DNA from: Pseudomonadota bacterium
Lineage (GTDB): Bacteria; Pseudomonadota; Alphaproteobacteria; Paracaedibacterales; CAIOTO01
Direction: 5' to 3'
Assembly (NCBI GenBank): GCA_040387495.1
Contig: JAZKDQ010000003.1
Span: 1 to 64,000, forward strand
DNA length: 64,000 bases
The notes beneath the pieces were generated by a model. The model had not been told where the DNA came from. It was given only the letters and a program-made list of their open reading frames with translations, and searched no databases. This document shows positions 1 through 9,196 of the stretch, piece after piece (within the stretch, counting starts at the first letter, position 1; each line of letters starts with the position of its first letter). Position numbers and translations under genes: made by a program.

Positions 1-207
1 ACTCCAACCGTCAACACCTTTTTCGCCTCAAAGATGCTTTTTTTTAATCTTTTCCTAAAAAAATGAGAAATGCCTTGGAAAAGGTGCATGGAAAGGTCAC
101 GTCTTGCTGGATTATTGATTTGCTGTTCTCTGAAAATATGAGTTTTTAACAATTTATTAATATTATTCATGGATAATATGAATATAAATTTGATTAAAGT
201 GTGAATT

Positions 208-993
208 ATGAATATGAATATTTTATTTTCTGTTTTTGCTGGGCTCATATGTGCATTTAAAATGGATGTTGTCGCAAGCGGTCCTAGTCAGCATTCACAC
301 TTTCTAAATGTGTCAGCAGACAAAAATGAGCAGAAACGTAAGAAAGAATTGGATGAAGAGGTGTTTAGCTCTAATGTGCCTCTGAATCTTGGTAAAGAAA
401 AAAGGGTTTTTGATCCGTTGTCATATATGAGTGATGATTCACTGAGTTCTATCTCGGTTGATACAACTGATGGTTCCAACGCAGATTCAACTACAAATGA
501 ATGGGGTAGTGTGGGAACTTTTAGTGATTCTGAAGATGAATGGATGAGATATTCTCATGTTAGTCAAAGGAGAGTTGAAGCGTGGTGGAGATGGTGGAAT
601 CACCATTGTTCCTCGTTTAATTCACTTCAGAGAGTTTTTGAGAATACAAAAAGAAAATTAGAACTTTTGCCCGGAAATACTGCAGTGTATGCAATGGAGA
701 GTACTGTTGACCGGCATATACGCAACTATGAATATGCACTTGATTTATATAAGGATTTTTTAGAAAGCACGCCTGTGGATATAATCAATAAAAATATAGT
801 GCCAGAAATGACAAAATTGAGAAATGAAGTGCTTCTATCGATTGATACTGTTATTGATGCCATTGATGGATACAAAATAAATAAATATAAATTAATGAAA
901 AATAAATATTTGGATGATATTGTATGTGTTTTAAAAAGTGAACGTATAAAGATAAGTGGAATACTGTTTTCCCTCTCTCGATACCTCGATTAG
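208..993 (+). CDS. Hypothetical exported protein with Ser/Asp-rich region and helical C-terminus
   Basis: 261 aa ORF; hydrophobic N-terminus (ILFSVFAGLICAF...VVA) resembling a signal peptide; no family recognised. Confidence 0.65.
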   Translation: MNMNILFSVFAGLICAFKMDVVASGPSQHSHFLNVSADKNEQKRKKELDEEVFSSNVPLNLGKEKRVFDPLSYMSDDSLSSISVDTTDGSNADSTTNEWGSVGTFSDSEDEWMRYSHVSQRRVEAWWRWWNHHCSSFNSLQRVFENTKRKLELLPGNTAVYAMESTVDRHIRNYEYALDLYKDFLESTPVDIINKNIVPEMTKLRNEVLLSIDTVIDAIDGYKINKYKLMKNKYLDDIVCVLKSERIKISGILFSLSRYLD

Positions 994-1289
994 CAATATG
1001 CTTTGTTGAAGAAAAAGAATCGTGGTGGGCTATGCATTCAATTTTAAAATGCAGAGTGTTGGGTGTTCACCAAAATTAGAAGCAGCAGCGATAATTTAAG
1101 TTTGAGCTATTTCTTATCAAAAATTAAGAGATATCATTTTTCATTAAACCTCGATATACTTATCAAAGTTTTGATTTTATTGGTTTTTAACGATTAAAAA
1201 ACAATAGAACTTTAGATGAAGATATCACTTTTTATTCAATATTATAAAGATATTATATTGCGATAAAATAACATAAATAAGAGGGGTTA

Positions 1290-1994
1290 ATGATGAAAAA
1301 CAAACCAAACAGCACAACCAGTACCGTGGATATTGAACCAAATGACGTGCATGGCCAGGACCATATGGACGAAATGGAATTGGATGGAGATGATTTAGGC
1401 GATGATTTGGATGAAGAATCTAGTGAAATGCTCTTTATATTAGAAACAATATATGAATTTATCACAAAAATGCTTTCAAAAGGTGTTCATCCACATTTGA
1501 TTCAAAGCACCTTGCTTGCGAACTGGTTGCAAGTTGTCATTATGAACTGTGATGAAACAGAAGAATTTTTTATGAGCCAACTCGAGAAAATGGAAGAGTT
1601 TATTCCATTGGTTGTAGCGAAAATTACTGAAATTTCAAAGATGTTGCCAGACGAAGTTACTGATTTTCTAACTGATGAAGCACGTACGCATTTTACTGAA
1701 ATGCAAACAACGATACGTGAGATGTCAAAACAAGAGATGTCACCAGAAGATTTTACACACCAAGAAGCACTTGTTGAAGCAGCTACTGAGAATTTATTTG
1801 AAATTTTCGAGCAATCAAATGCGCATCCATTAGATGTTGAAGCAGCCTTTTTGTTTTATTGGATTCATTTCTTGGGAATGGATCATGAATTTTCTGACGC
1901 GAAAATCGAAAAGCTTATTTATTATTGGGGAGATGTTTTTGAACCAATGGCCGTTTTTGTACGTACACAAATGGGCCTTGATGACGCGTTTTAG
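1290..1994 (+). CDS. Acidic hypothetical protein with an internal two-fold repeat
   Basis: 234 aa ORF, RBS-like GAGGGG upstream; HP-x10-W-x5-M occurs twice; ends 2 nt before the next gene. Confidence 0.7.
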   Translation: MMKNKPNSTTSTVDIEPNDVHGQDHMDEMELDGDDLGDDLDEESSEMLFILETIYEFITKMLSKGVHPHLIQSTLLANWLQVVIMNCDETEEFFMSQLEKMEEFIPLVVAKITEISKMLPDEVTDFLTDEARTHFTEMQTTIREMSKQEMSPEDFTHQEALVEAATENLFEIFEQSNAHPLDVEAAFLFYWIHFLGMDHEFSDAKIEKLIYYWGDVFEPMAVFVRTQMGLDDAF

Positions 1995-1996
1995 GC

Positions 1997-2959
1997 ATGT
2001 TACCGGATGTATATGTTGAACGTATTAAAGTAGAACTAATATCGCAAGGGCAGGGGGCAGAGAGCACAAAAGCAGCTTATGCTTCCCTCAGCCAGCGTTA
2101 TCGTGAATCAAATGCGTCTGGTTTTAGATCAAAGGCGGAGATGGGAGCTTATATTGATGCACGGTTTCCCGCCACATTTTCAGTTATAGATCATATTATA
2201 CGATCCGAGATTGTGTCGGACACGAAAGTTCAGTCGGTTCTCGATCTGGGTGCAGGGCCTGGAACAGCGACTATTGCTGCACTTAATTATTTTTCCTTAT
2301 CACATGCCACCCTTATTGAGCAAACGCCTGAGTTTGTGACGGCAGCGGGAGCGGTTCTTCGGTCTTCTTTTCCTAATAGTGATTTCAATTTTAATTCTGA
2401 ATCCCTACATAATACCAATTTCCCACAAGCGGATTTGGTAATGCTGTCGTATTTGTTGACTGAAATGTCTGAACGGCAGGCACTGAATGTGTATGAAAAG
2501 TCGTTAAGTGCAACGATGGCCTTTAATTTAGTAGTTTTGCCGGGAACATCGGCGGCGTTTAAATTATTGTTGCAGCTTAGGGATCGGGCAATTACCTTGG
2601 GGTATCAAGTTTTGGCGCCGTGCCCGCATATGCAGGTTTGCCCTATGGCAAAGAATGCTGAGCAGTGGTGTCATTTTAGGCAGCGTTTAAGCCGAAGCCG
2701 TGCGCATCAGGATATTAAAAAAGGTACGATGGGTTATGAAGACGAACCCTATTGTTATTTATTGGTTGCACCAGCTGACCAAGTGAGCTCCGGGAGCGTG
2801 CAAGGCAGAGTTATTAATACACCAAAACAGCGCCCGGGGCATATATATGTAGATGTGTGTGCACAATCGGGAGCTATTGAAACGAAGTGCGTGACGAAAA
2901 AAGATAAGATAGCCTATAAAGCGGCTAAGGATTTGAACTGGGGTGATCGATTCTTGTAA
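1997..2959 (+). CDS. Rsm22/METTL17-family small-subunit SAM-dependent methyltransferase-like protein
   Basis: AYxxARFPAT, LDLGAGPGT (SAM motif I), APCPH-x3-CPM, WCHF, GYEDE and WGD motifs typical of the Rsm22 family. Confidence 0.85.
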   Translation: MLPDVYVERIKVELISQGQGAESTKAAYASLSQRYRESNASGFRSKAEMGAYIDARFPATFSVIDHIIRSEIVSDTKVQSVLDLGAGPGTATIAALNYFSLSHATLIEQTPEFVTAAGAVLRSSFPNSDFNFNSESLHNTNFPQADLVMLSYLLTEMSERQALNVYEKSLSATMAFNLVVLPGTSAAFKLLLQLRDRAITLGYQVLAPCPHMQVCPMAKNAEQWCHFRQRLSRSRAHQDIKKGTMGYEDEPYCYLLVAPADQVSSGSVQGRVINTPKQRPGHIYVDVCAQSGAIETKCVTKKDKIAYKAAKDLNWGDRFL

Positions 2960-2961
2960 AC

Positions 2962-3000
2962 AGAGAGAATGTTCTTATACGATTTTATGAACACTCTCTC
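2962..3000. terminator. Hairpin between convergent genes
   Basis: GAGAGAATGTTC...GAACACTCTCTC imperfect inverted repeat between two stop codons. Confidence 0.5.
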
Positions 3001-3016
3001 TTTCTAAATTTAATTA

Positions 3017-3454
3017 TTATTTGATTAAAAGTGCTCTATTTATTTGTACTTTTTGTGGAGCATCTAGAGGACCATGCTTGCTCATAAAATAATCTGTATA
3101 AGTACCATCATTATTTATTAAATAATTTTGGTACTGCCCTAAAATGTTACCATATGTAGGAACAACTTCGTTATTTTCAGTAATAATTCCTTCTGCAACG
3201 ATATTTCCAGCATGATTTATAAATAGCTGGCCATCATAAATAAAACCACATACCCGTTCGCCATTTTCGCTTTTATACCAAGCATCTTTATTATTTATTT
3301 CTGCTTTAGCTGCATCTAGATCATCATGTTGATATTTGATCCAAGTTGGTTGTGTCAGGGTTTTTTCTGCAGAAAAGTCATTAATATCTGTTGCAGCATA
3401 GCTAGCTGACCCCATGAAAGTAGCAATTAGTAACAATTTAATTTTGTTTTTCAT
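3017..3454 (-). CDS. Hypothetical exported protein
   Basis: 145 aa; signal peptide MKNKIKLLLIATFMGSASYA; AAGGA RBS upstream. Confidence 0.65.
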   Translation of the reverse strand: MKNKIKLLLIATFMGSASYAATDINDFSAEKTLTQPTWIKYQHDDLDAAKAEINNKDAWYKSENGERVCGFIYDGQLFINHAGNIVAEGIITENNEVVPTYGNILGQYQNYLINNDGTYTDYFMSKHGPLDAPQKVQINRALLIK

Positions 3455-3569
3455 GAAATTAAATCCTTAATATTTTTATTGAGTATAAAGCTAATTCTTT
3501 ATACCAGCTTAATATAGGAATTGTGTTTTTGAATTTCAAGAGATAACCTAGAGATATATGTGAAAGATT

Positions 3570-5102
3570 CTATCCTCGCATCGCTTTCATGGTTCCTGCT
3601 AAATAACTGCTCGCCATATAGAAACACACGCCAATAGTACAACCGCCGAGCACAAAAGTGATATCTCTATAACGCCTTAGAAATGCTGGAATATAAATAT
3701 ACCCAACAATGGTTGGCAGGTAATAAATGAGAATTCCCATGATGATGCTAAGGCTCGTAATTTTGATGCCAAAGCTAACGAGATTGCGTGTCATATGAAA
3801 TAAACCGCGTTTGTGCAGTAAAATTCCCAAAGCAATCACTTGGCCATAAGCGGCAATTGATGTAGCAAGCGCTAAACCCACATGCTGGAAAAATGGCATC
3901 AAGCAAAGGTTCAGGATTAGATTTCCAAGAATTGCAAAGCCTGCGACTTTAACTGGTGTTTTTGTATCGTTTCGCGCAAAAAATGTTGTGGTAAATACTT
4001 TTGCGGCGACATAGGCAGGCAGGCCGCTTGCGAATGCGGCAAGGGCAGGTGCTGTTTGCATAACGTCGGCTTCTGAAAAACGACCATGACCAAAAAGCAA
4101 TGCGATAAGTGGTTGGCTAAGAACGATTAGGCCAATGGCGGCGGGCATGTTCATGAATAGAGCAAACGTAAGTGCTTTGTTTTGCAGACCTAATGCCTGA
4201 TCTGTATTTTGTGCGCGCCAGAGTTTGCTTAAGCTGGGCAGTAAAGCCGTTCCAATGGCAACACCAAAAATTGACATTGGTAACTGGTATAGGCGATCCG
4301 CATAATACAAATAGGTCATAGAACCAATAGGCAAAAATGATGCAAGTTGTAGATCAATAAGTAGGTTGATTTGCATAACGCCGGCACCAACCATGCCGGG
4401 CAGCATGTGACGCATGACATTGCGAACATCATCAGTAATGCGCGGTAGGTGAAGCGGTAGAGCAAGGCCGTGCCGCATACATGACCAGTAAAGCCAGCCA
4501 AGTTGTAAAATGCCGGCAACAAAAACAGAGATTGAAAGTAGTACACCTGATGATATGTCCGTATAAGGAATCATCAAAAGTGAGAAAATCATGGCGATGT
4601 TTAGCAAGATTGGAGCCGCAGAAGCTGCCCAAAAACGATCAACAGAATTAAGCATGCCTGCCAGTAGAGCCGTTAAAGAAATGCACAAAATATAAGGAAA
4701 TGTGATACGTGTAAAGGTGATAGCAAGTTCGACCCGTTCGGGTGTGCCAGAAAAACCGGGGGCAATAACAGGAATGACATAGGGTGTGAGGAGTTCTATT
4801 AGCAGCACAAAACCAAATAAGAACCATGCCATGATTGAAAAAACGTCAGTGGCCATCTTTTTGGCAGACGCGGTACCTTCTTCAGCTAATTTTCCAGCAA
4901 ACTGAGGAACAAAAGCAGCATTAAGTGCGCCTTCTGCAAAGAAACGTCGAAAAAAATTTGGGAATTTAAAGGCGACAACAAATGCGTCGCTGACAATGCT
5001 GGCACCCATGTAATGGGACATTAACATTTCACGCAACATACCCAAGATGCGACTTATGGCTGTCCATCCGCCGACCGTTGTTGCTGCTTTAAAAAGACTC
5101 AT
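3570..5102 (-). CDS. murJ: Lipid II flippase MurJ (MviN)
   Basis: SRILGMLRE, AFKFPNFFRRFFAEGA and YLYYADRLYQLP motifs; polytopic membrane protein of 510 aa. Confidence 0.97.
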   Translation of the reverse strand: MSLFKAATTVGGWTAISRILGMLREMLMSHYMGASIVSDAFVVAFKFPNFFRRFFAEGALNAAFVPQFAGKLAEEGTASAKKMATDVFSIMAWFLFGFVLLIELLTPYVIPVIAPGFSGTPERVELAITFTRITFPYILCISLTALLAGMLNSVDRFWAASAAPILLNIAMIFSLLMIPYTDISSGVLLSISVFVAGILQLGWLYWSCMRHGLALPLHLPRITDDVRNVMRHMLPGMVGAGVMQINLLIDLQLASFLPIGSMTYLYYADRLYQLPMSIFGVAIGTALLPSLSKLWRAQNTDQALGLQNKALTFALFMNMPAAIGLIVLSQPLIALLFGHGRFSEADVMQTAPALAAFASGLPAYVAAKVFTTTFFARNDTKTPVKVAGFAILGNLILNLCLMPFFQHVGLALATSIAAYGQVIALGILLHKRGLFHMTRNLVSFGIKITSLSIIMGILIYYLPTIVGYIYIPAFLRRYRDITFVLGGCTIGVCFYMASSYLAGTMKAMRG

Positions 5103-5782
5103 ATCGTATGCGTGACCTCTTCCACGATGCCGTTATGTAAGTGTACGATACGATCCATTTTGCGCGCTAGTGCTAAATCGTGTGTGGCGATTACGGCGGC
5201 AAGATTTTGATTGCGAATCATGTGCATGAGTTCTGCAAAAACAATATCAGCTGTTTCATTGTCAAGGTTACCTGTGGGTTCATCTGCTAACAAAATCGTA
5301 GGGTCACGGACAAGTGCACGTGCAATAGCCACGCGTTGTTGTTCTCCACCAGATAATTTTTTAGGTGAATGGGTTAGGCGATGGGATAGCCCCATCTTCT
5401 CTAATAATGTTTCAGCTTTGACGCGTGCTTGTTTTGAGGGGATGCCCGTCATTAAAAGTGGCATCATGACGTTTTCAATTGCGCTGAATTCAGGTAAAAG
5501 ATGATGAAATTGATAGATGAAACCTAAATGAGTGCGTCTTAGGCGTGTTAAATCTGAATCAGATAAAGCACTAACACTTTGGTCGTTGATGAGCACTTCA
5601 CCTGAAGATGGTTTTTCTAATAGACCAGCTACGTGTAAAAAAGTTGATTTTCCAGAACCACTTGCACCGACAAGAGCAACTATTTCGCCTGCTTTGAGGT
5701 CAAAGTTAATGCCTTTAAGGATATGTAAAGGTGAATCCCCTTGTTGATAAACGCGGTGGATTTCTTTACATGAAAGGATCAT
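5099..5782 (-). CDS. lolD: Lipoprotein-releasing ABC transporter ATP-binding subunit (start corrected to ATG at 5782)
   Basis: GASGSGKST, GFIYQFHHLLPEF, LSGGEQQRVAIARAL, LADEPTGNLD; the ORF-track extension to 5851 runs into the tRNA. Confidence 0.9.
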   Translation of the reverse strand: MILSCKEIHRVYQQGDSPLHILKGINFDLKAGEIVALVGASGSGKSTFLHVAGLLEKPSSGEVLINDQSVSALSDSDLTRLRRTHLGFIYQFHHLLPEFSAIENVMMPLLMTGIPSKQARVKAETLLEKMGLSHRLTHSPKKLSGGEQQRVAIARALVRDPTILLADEPTGNLDNETADIVFAELMHMIRNQNLAAVIATHDLALARKMDRIVHLHNGIVEEVTHTI

Positions 5783-5808
5783 TATAATTTCCGGAAATAA
5801 ATATAAAG

Positions 5809-5886
5809 TGGGGCGAATGACCGGGATCGAACCGGCGACCTCTAGGACCACAACCTAGCGCTCTAACCAACTGAGCTACACCCGCC
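5809..5886 (-). tRNA. tRNA-His (GTG) with encoded G-1 and CCA
   Basis: Reverse strand GGCGGGTGTAGCTCAGTTGGTTAGAGCGCTAGGTTGTGGTCCTAGAGGTCGCCGGTTCGATCCCGGTCATTCGCCCCA; anticodon arm CTAGG-TTGTGGT-CCTAG; G-1 pairs with C73. Confidence 0.97.
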
Positions 5887-5947
5887 ACAATAGATATTAT
5901 TTTTACTGGCTTTTGCTGAAAAAATCAATGTTTTTTTTTATAAAGAC

Positions 5948-6002
5948 CAACGTTCACTTTTTGTTCTTGGGCTAAGCCTAAAATGATAAAGAGTGAACGT
6001 TG
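5948..6002 (-). terminator. Long hairpin downstream of the ClpX-like gene
   Basis: CAACGTTCACT...AGTGAACGTTG outer stem plus inner GGC-TAA-GCC stem. Confidence 0.55.
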
Positions 6003-6027
6003 CTGTTAAGTGCACGAATGCGATCTA

Positions 6028-8052
6028 TCAAACATAACAAGTATCTATTATATATTGGTTCCTACGATCTTCTTCTGATTTATCGGTTTTCGGTATTGTC
6101 AATTCAACCATTTCTTTTGTAATGATTACGGTTGTTCCTCTTGCATCATCTGCATTTTCAAGCACAGGGTCGAGCAGTTCATCAACAATTGATCGGAGTG
6201 CTCTGGCCCCGGTTTTTGATTCAGAGGCTTTTTTCGCAATAGCATCAAAGGAATCATCTGAAAATTCAACATTAATTTCATACGCTGGTGATGAAAGCAA
6301 CGACTTAAATTGTTGAATGATTGAGTTAGCTGCTTCCGTTAAAATGCGGCGTAATCCAGTTGCATCGACGGGTTCAAATAAAACACGTTTATGAAGGCGC
6401 CCGAGCAGCTCAGTTTTCATACCATACTTTTCTAATTCAGAAAGTGGTATGGTGAAACGTTTTTCAATAATGATTTGTTCAGTGCTTTTTTTTGATGGTA
6501 ATGGCTTTACAACAAGTTTAGTATTTGTGGGCTTTAATCCATAGCGTTCTAATTCAGTATCTTTAAATGAAAGAGTAGTTCCAGCCGAAGTAATATCCAT
6601 AGAATTATTTTTTTTTGTTTCTGCTCGTATTACCTCATCTTTTTCTTTATTATCCTCTTCTCTAGTGGCCTCTTTTTCAGTCTTTTTTTCTATGTTTGCT
6701 TCAATAACATTCTTCTTAATATTTTTAATTATGACATCATATGATGCTGGCTTAATGCCTGTAAAGGCGCCGGCTGTGATAAATAAGATGTTTGTTGTAT
6801 CGACAAAATAAGTTCGTTTATTAGGCCCCTCACCTTCATCAATTTTAATTACATCCCCTTGTATCAAACGTAATAATTCACCTTGTACATCCGCGCCTGC
6901 AATGTCACGTTCACCCCCACCTGATTTTGCTGCTATTTTGTCAATTTCATCAATAAAAATAATGGTTTTATTTTGGGTGTCTTCTATGTTGAAGTTATTA
7001 GCCATGAGTGCTTTTTTTATAAGTCCTGAAGCACTTTGTCCAACATAACCAGTACGTGTTAATGAGCTGGCATTTCCCATAATCAATTTGACATTGACAC
7101 CATTGGCATTTAGAAAGTGCTGTAAATGTTCCAAAGATGCTGTTTTTCCGCACCCACTTTGTCCAATAAGAAGCATATTACTTTTATCGAAGTGGACCCA
7201 TCCTTTTTCTGCTGCTAATGCGGGGTTAGTTTGTATAAGATTATTTAATTCGAGACCTGCATAATGTTTGTAAATATGCGTTGCGAGTGCAGACATTGCC
7301 CTGTCTTGTCCGATAATGTATTTGTTTAGATGATTTGAGATGGATCGAGAGGACGGAACTGTAGGGGCCGTATTTTCTATTGTTTTTTCTAAGTTCCGAG
7401 TAAGTTCATCATGAAAGGGGATATAGATTACTTCACCTTTTTTTGAGGGTGAATTAATATTTTGTTGATTACTTTGTGGTTCATCACGCTGTGTCGTTAA
7501 TGGAGGCTGATCTCTCAAATTGCGTTTTCTTTTATGAGGAGGTAGATAAACATCAGATTTTGATGGTCCTTTGCTTAATGGATCGAGAGTTTTATCTCTT
7601 TCTTTATTTTTTTCTATTTTTTCTTTTCTTGCTTTCTGTCCAAGCTCTTTGATTGTAAGGAATTCTAAGAATGGATCTTTCCAAAGAGGAGGCATTGCAT
7701 CTGAATAATGTTCAGATTTATCTTCCCAGACTTTGTAATTATTTAATATTTCATCTGAATTTCCTGTATTGTAGCTATTGAAAAAATTGTTAACTTTAGT
7801 GTTAACTTTGACTGCTGCGGACTCAAGTGACTCATAGTTCACCAGTTCTAAGCTATTAAACAGTCTGTCGTAATTTTCTTTTTCGGCTTTTCTAAAGTTT
7901 CTTCCAGTTCTTGCAGACTTGTTGCCGCCATCTTTTCTCCCGCCAAAGATGTCATCGCTGGCTAAGGCTGAGTCACTTGAAAATCCTATAATTGTTAAGC
8001 TGGAAGTTAATAAAAGCACGCGGGCTTTTGACATTATTTTTATACAAGTCAT
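6028..8052 (-). CDS. Atypical ClpX-family AAA+ ATPase with signal peptide, no Zn-binding domain and an HbYX-like tail
   Basis: LNKYIIGQ, KSNMLLIGQSGCGKT (Walker A), TGYVG (pore-1), IIFIDEIDKI (Walker B), RDIAGADVQ (pore-2), NILFITAGAF, ELLGRL, KTGARALRSI; AAGGAG RBS before ATG 8052. Confidence 0.88.
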   Translation of the reverse strand: MTCIKIMSKARVLLLTSSLTIIGFSSDSALASDDIFGGRKDGGNKSARTGRNFRKAEKENYDRLFNSLELVNYESLESAAVKVNTKVNNFFNSYNTGNSDEILNNYKVWEDKSEHYSDAMPPLWKDPFLEFLTIKELGQKARKEKIEKNKERDKTLDPLSKGPSKSDVYLPPHKRKRNLRDQPPLTTQRDEPQSNQQNINSPSKKGEVIYIPFHDELTRNLEKTIENTAPTVPSSRSISNHLNKYIIGQDRAMSALATHIYKHYAGLELNNLIQTNPALAAEKGWVHFDKSNMLLIGQSGCGKTASLEHLQHFLNANGVNVKLIMGNASSLTRTGYVGQSASGLIKKALMANNFNIEDTQNKTIIFIDEIDKIAAKSGGGERDIAGADVQGELLRLIQGDVIKIDEGEGPNKRTYFVDTTNILFITAGAFTGIKPASYDVIIKNIKKNVIEANIEKKTEKEATREEDNKEKDEVIRAETKKNNSMDITSAGTTLSFKDTELERYGLKPTNTKLVVKPLPSKKSTEQIIIEKRFTIPLSELEKYGMKTELLGRLHKRVLFEPVDATGLRRILTEAANSIIQQFKSLLSSPAYEINVEFSDDSFDAIAKKASESKTGARALRSIVDELLDPVLENADDARGTTVIITKEMVELTIPKTDKSEEDRRNQYIIDTCYV

Positions 8053-8641
8053 AACACTTTTCTCCTTGGTTGAATAAGAAAGTATGCTTTGCAGTTGTCA
8101 TGACATGTACAAATGAAATTATTCCATTTTATACATAATCTTTTTTGTCATACATTTCTTGCACATTGTCGCATTTTGTATTTTTCAATGAGTACGCTTT
8201 TGAACCATGATTCACGATTACCCCGTACTTTGACTAATTGAATACCTAAAGTGCTGAGATCATTTATCTGGCAAATTACGTGATAAGTCTTCATTGAGAA
8301 AAAACCCCTGTGTTGAGAAAATGTTGACATTGATATGCTGCTCCATACTCACTTATAATCTTTAGCTTCACACAAAATACATGATAAGTATTTATGTTGC
8401 GCGAAAGAGGTGTTTAATGACCTCTTATTTATTATTTTAAGTAAAAATGGTTAATTTATGATTAATTGTGGCTAGAGATTTACAAAAAGTGATGGGGTTA
8501 AGTTTTATCAGCACACTGTTTTTGCACACACAAAGAGATCTGTTCTTGTAAACATTATGGTGACAGAAAGATTCCTAATAAATCTTCTGGCACAATGGAT
8601 TCGTTGACGATAATGTAATACATGAAAAATGGAGTAATAAT

Positions 8642-9196
8642 ATGCAAGAGCACAAACCTGGTCTTTGGTATGGAACAACTATCGTTTCTATACGTAGGAA
8701 TGGTAAAGTTGTCATCGCTGGTGATGGCCAAGTTACATTAGGGAGTCAAATAATTAAAGCACAGGCGAAAAAGGTTCGTCGTCTTGCAGGCGGTCAGGTG
8801 ATTGCTGGGTTTGCAGGCGCAACGGCCGATGCTTTCGCGTTGTTTGAACGATTAGAAGGTAAGTTGGAGCAGTATCCATCGCAGCTTGCACGTGCGTGTG
8901 TTGAGATGGCGAAGGATTGGCGCACGGATCGTTATTTGAGGCGCCTTGAGGCCATGATGTTGGTGGCTGATAAAAACGTTTCATTGGTGTTAACAGGAAC
9001 AGGGGATGTGCTTGAGCCTGAAGATGGTATTATGGCAATTGGTTCAGGTGGTGGTTTTGCGCTTGCTGCGGCGCGTGCCCTTGTTGATGTTGATACGCTT
9101 GATGCAGAACATATTGCCAGACGTGCTATTGAAATTGCTGGTGATATTTGTATCTATACAAATAAAAATATTATTGTTGAAAGCTTGATTATATGA
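8642..9196 (+). CDS. hslV: ATP-dependent protease peptidase subunit HslV
   Basis: GTTIV (catalytic Thr), [43 protein letters not shown]. Confidence 0.98.
   Translation: MQEHKPGLWYGTTIVSIRRNGKVVIAGDGQVTLGSQIIKAQAKKVRRLAGGQVIAGFAGATADAFALFERLEGKLEQYPSQLARACVEMAKDWRTDRYLRRLEAMMLVADKNVSLVLTGTGDVLEPEDGIMAIGSGGGFALAAARALVDVDTLDAEHIARRAIEIAGDICIYTNKNIIVESLII

Noticed and set aside
5783..5851. ORF-track N-terminal extensions of lolD (also umuD to 36380, coxB from 38213, csrA from 28544)
   Set aside because: They overlap a tRNA, a pseudogene or an upstream CDS, or lack an RBS; internal ATGs fit family starts better
5809..5886. tRNA-His lacking G-1, as in some alphaproteobacteria
   Set aside because: G-1 and C73 are both encoded, so it is the canonical form
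6028..6045. CaaX prenylation motif at the end of the ClpX-like protein
   Set aside because: Cys is third from the end (T-C-Y-V), not fourth
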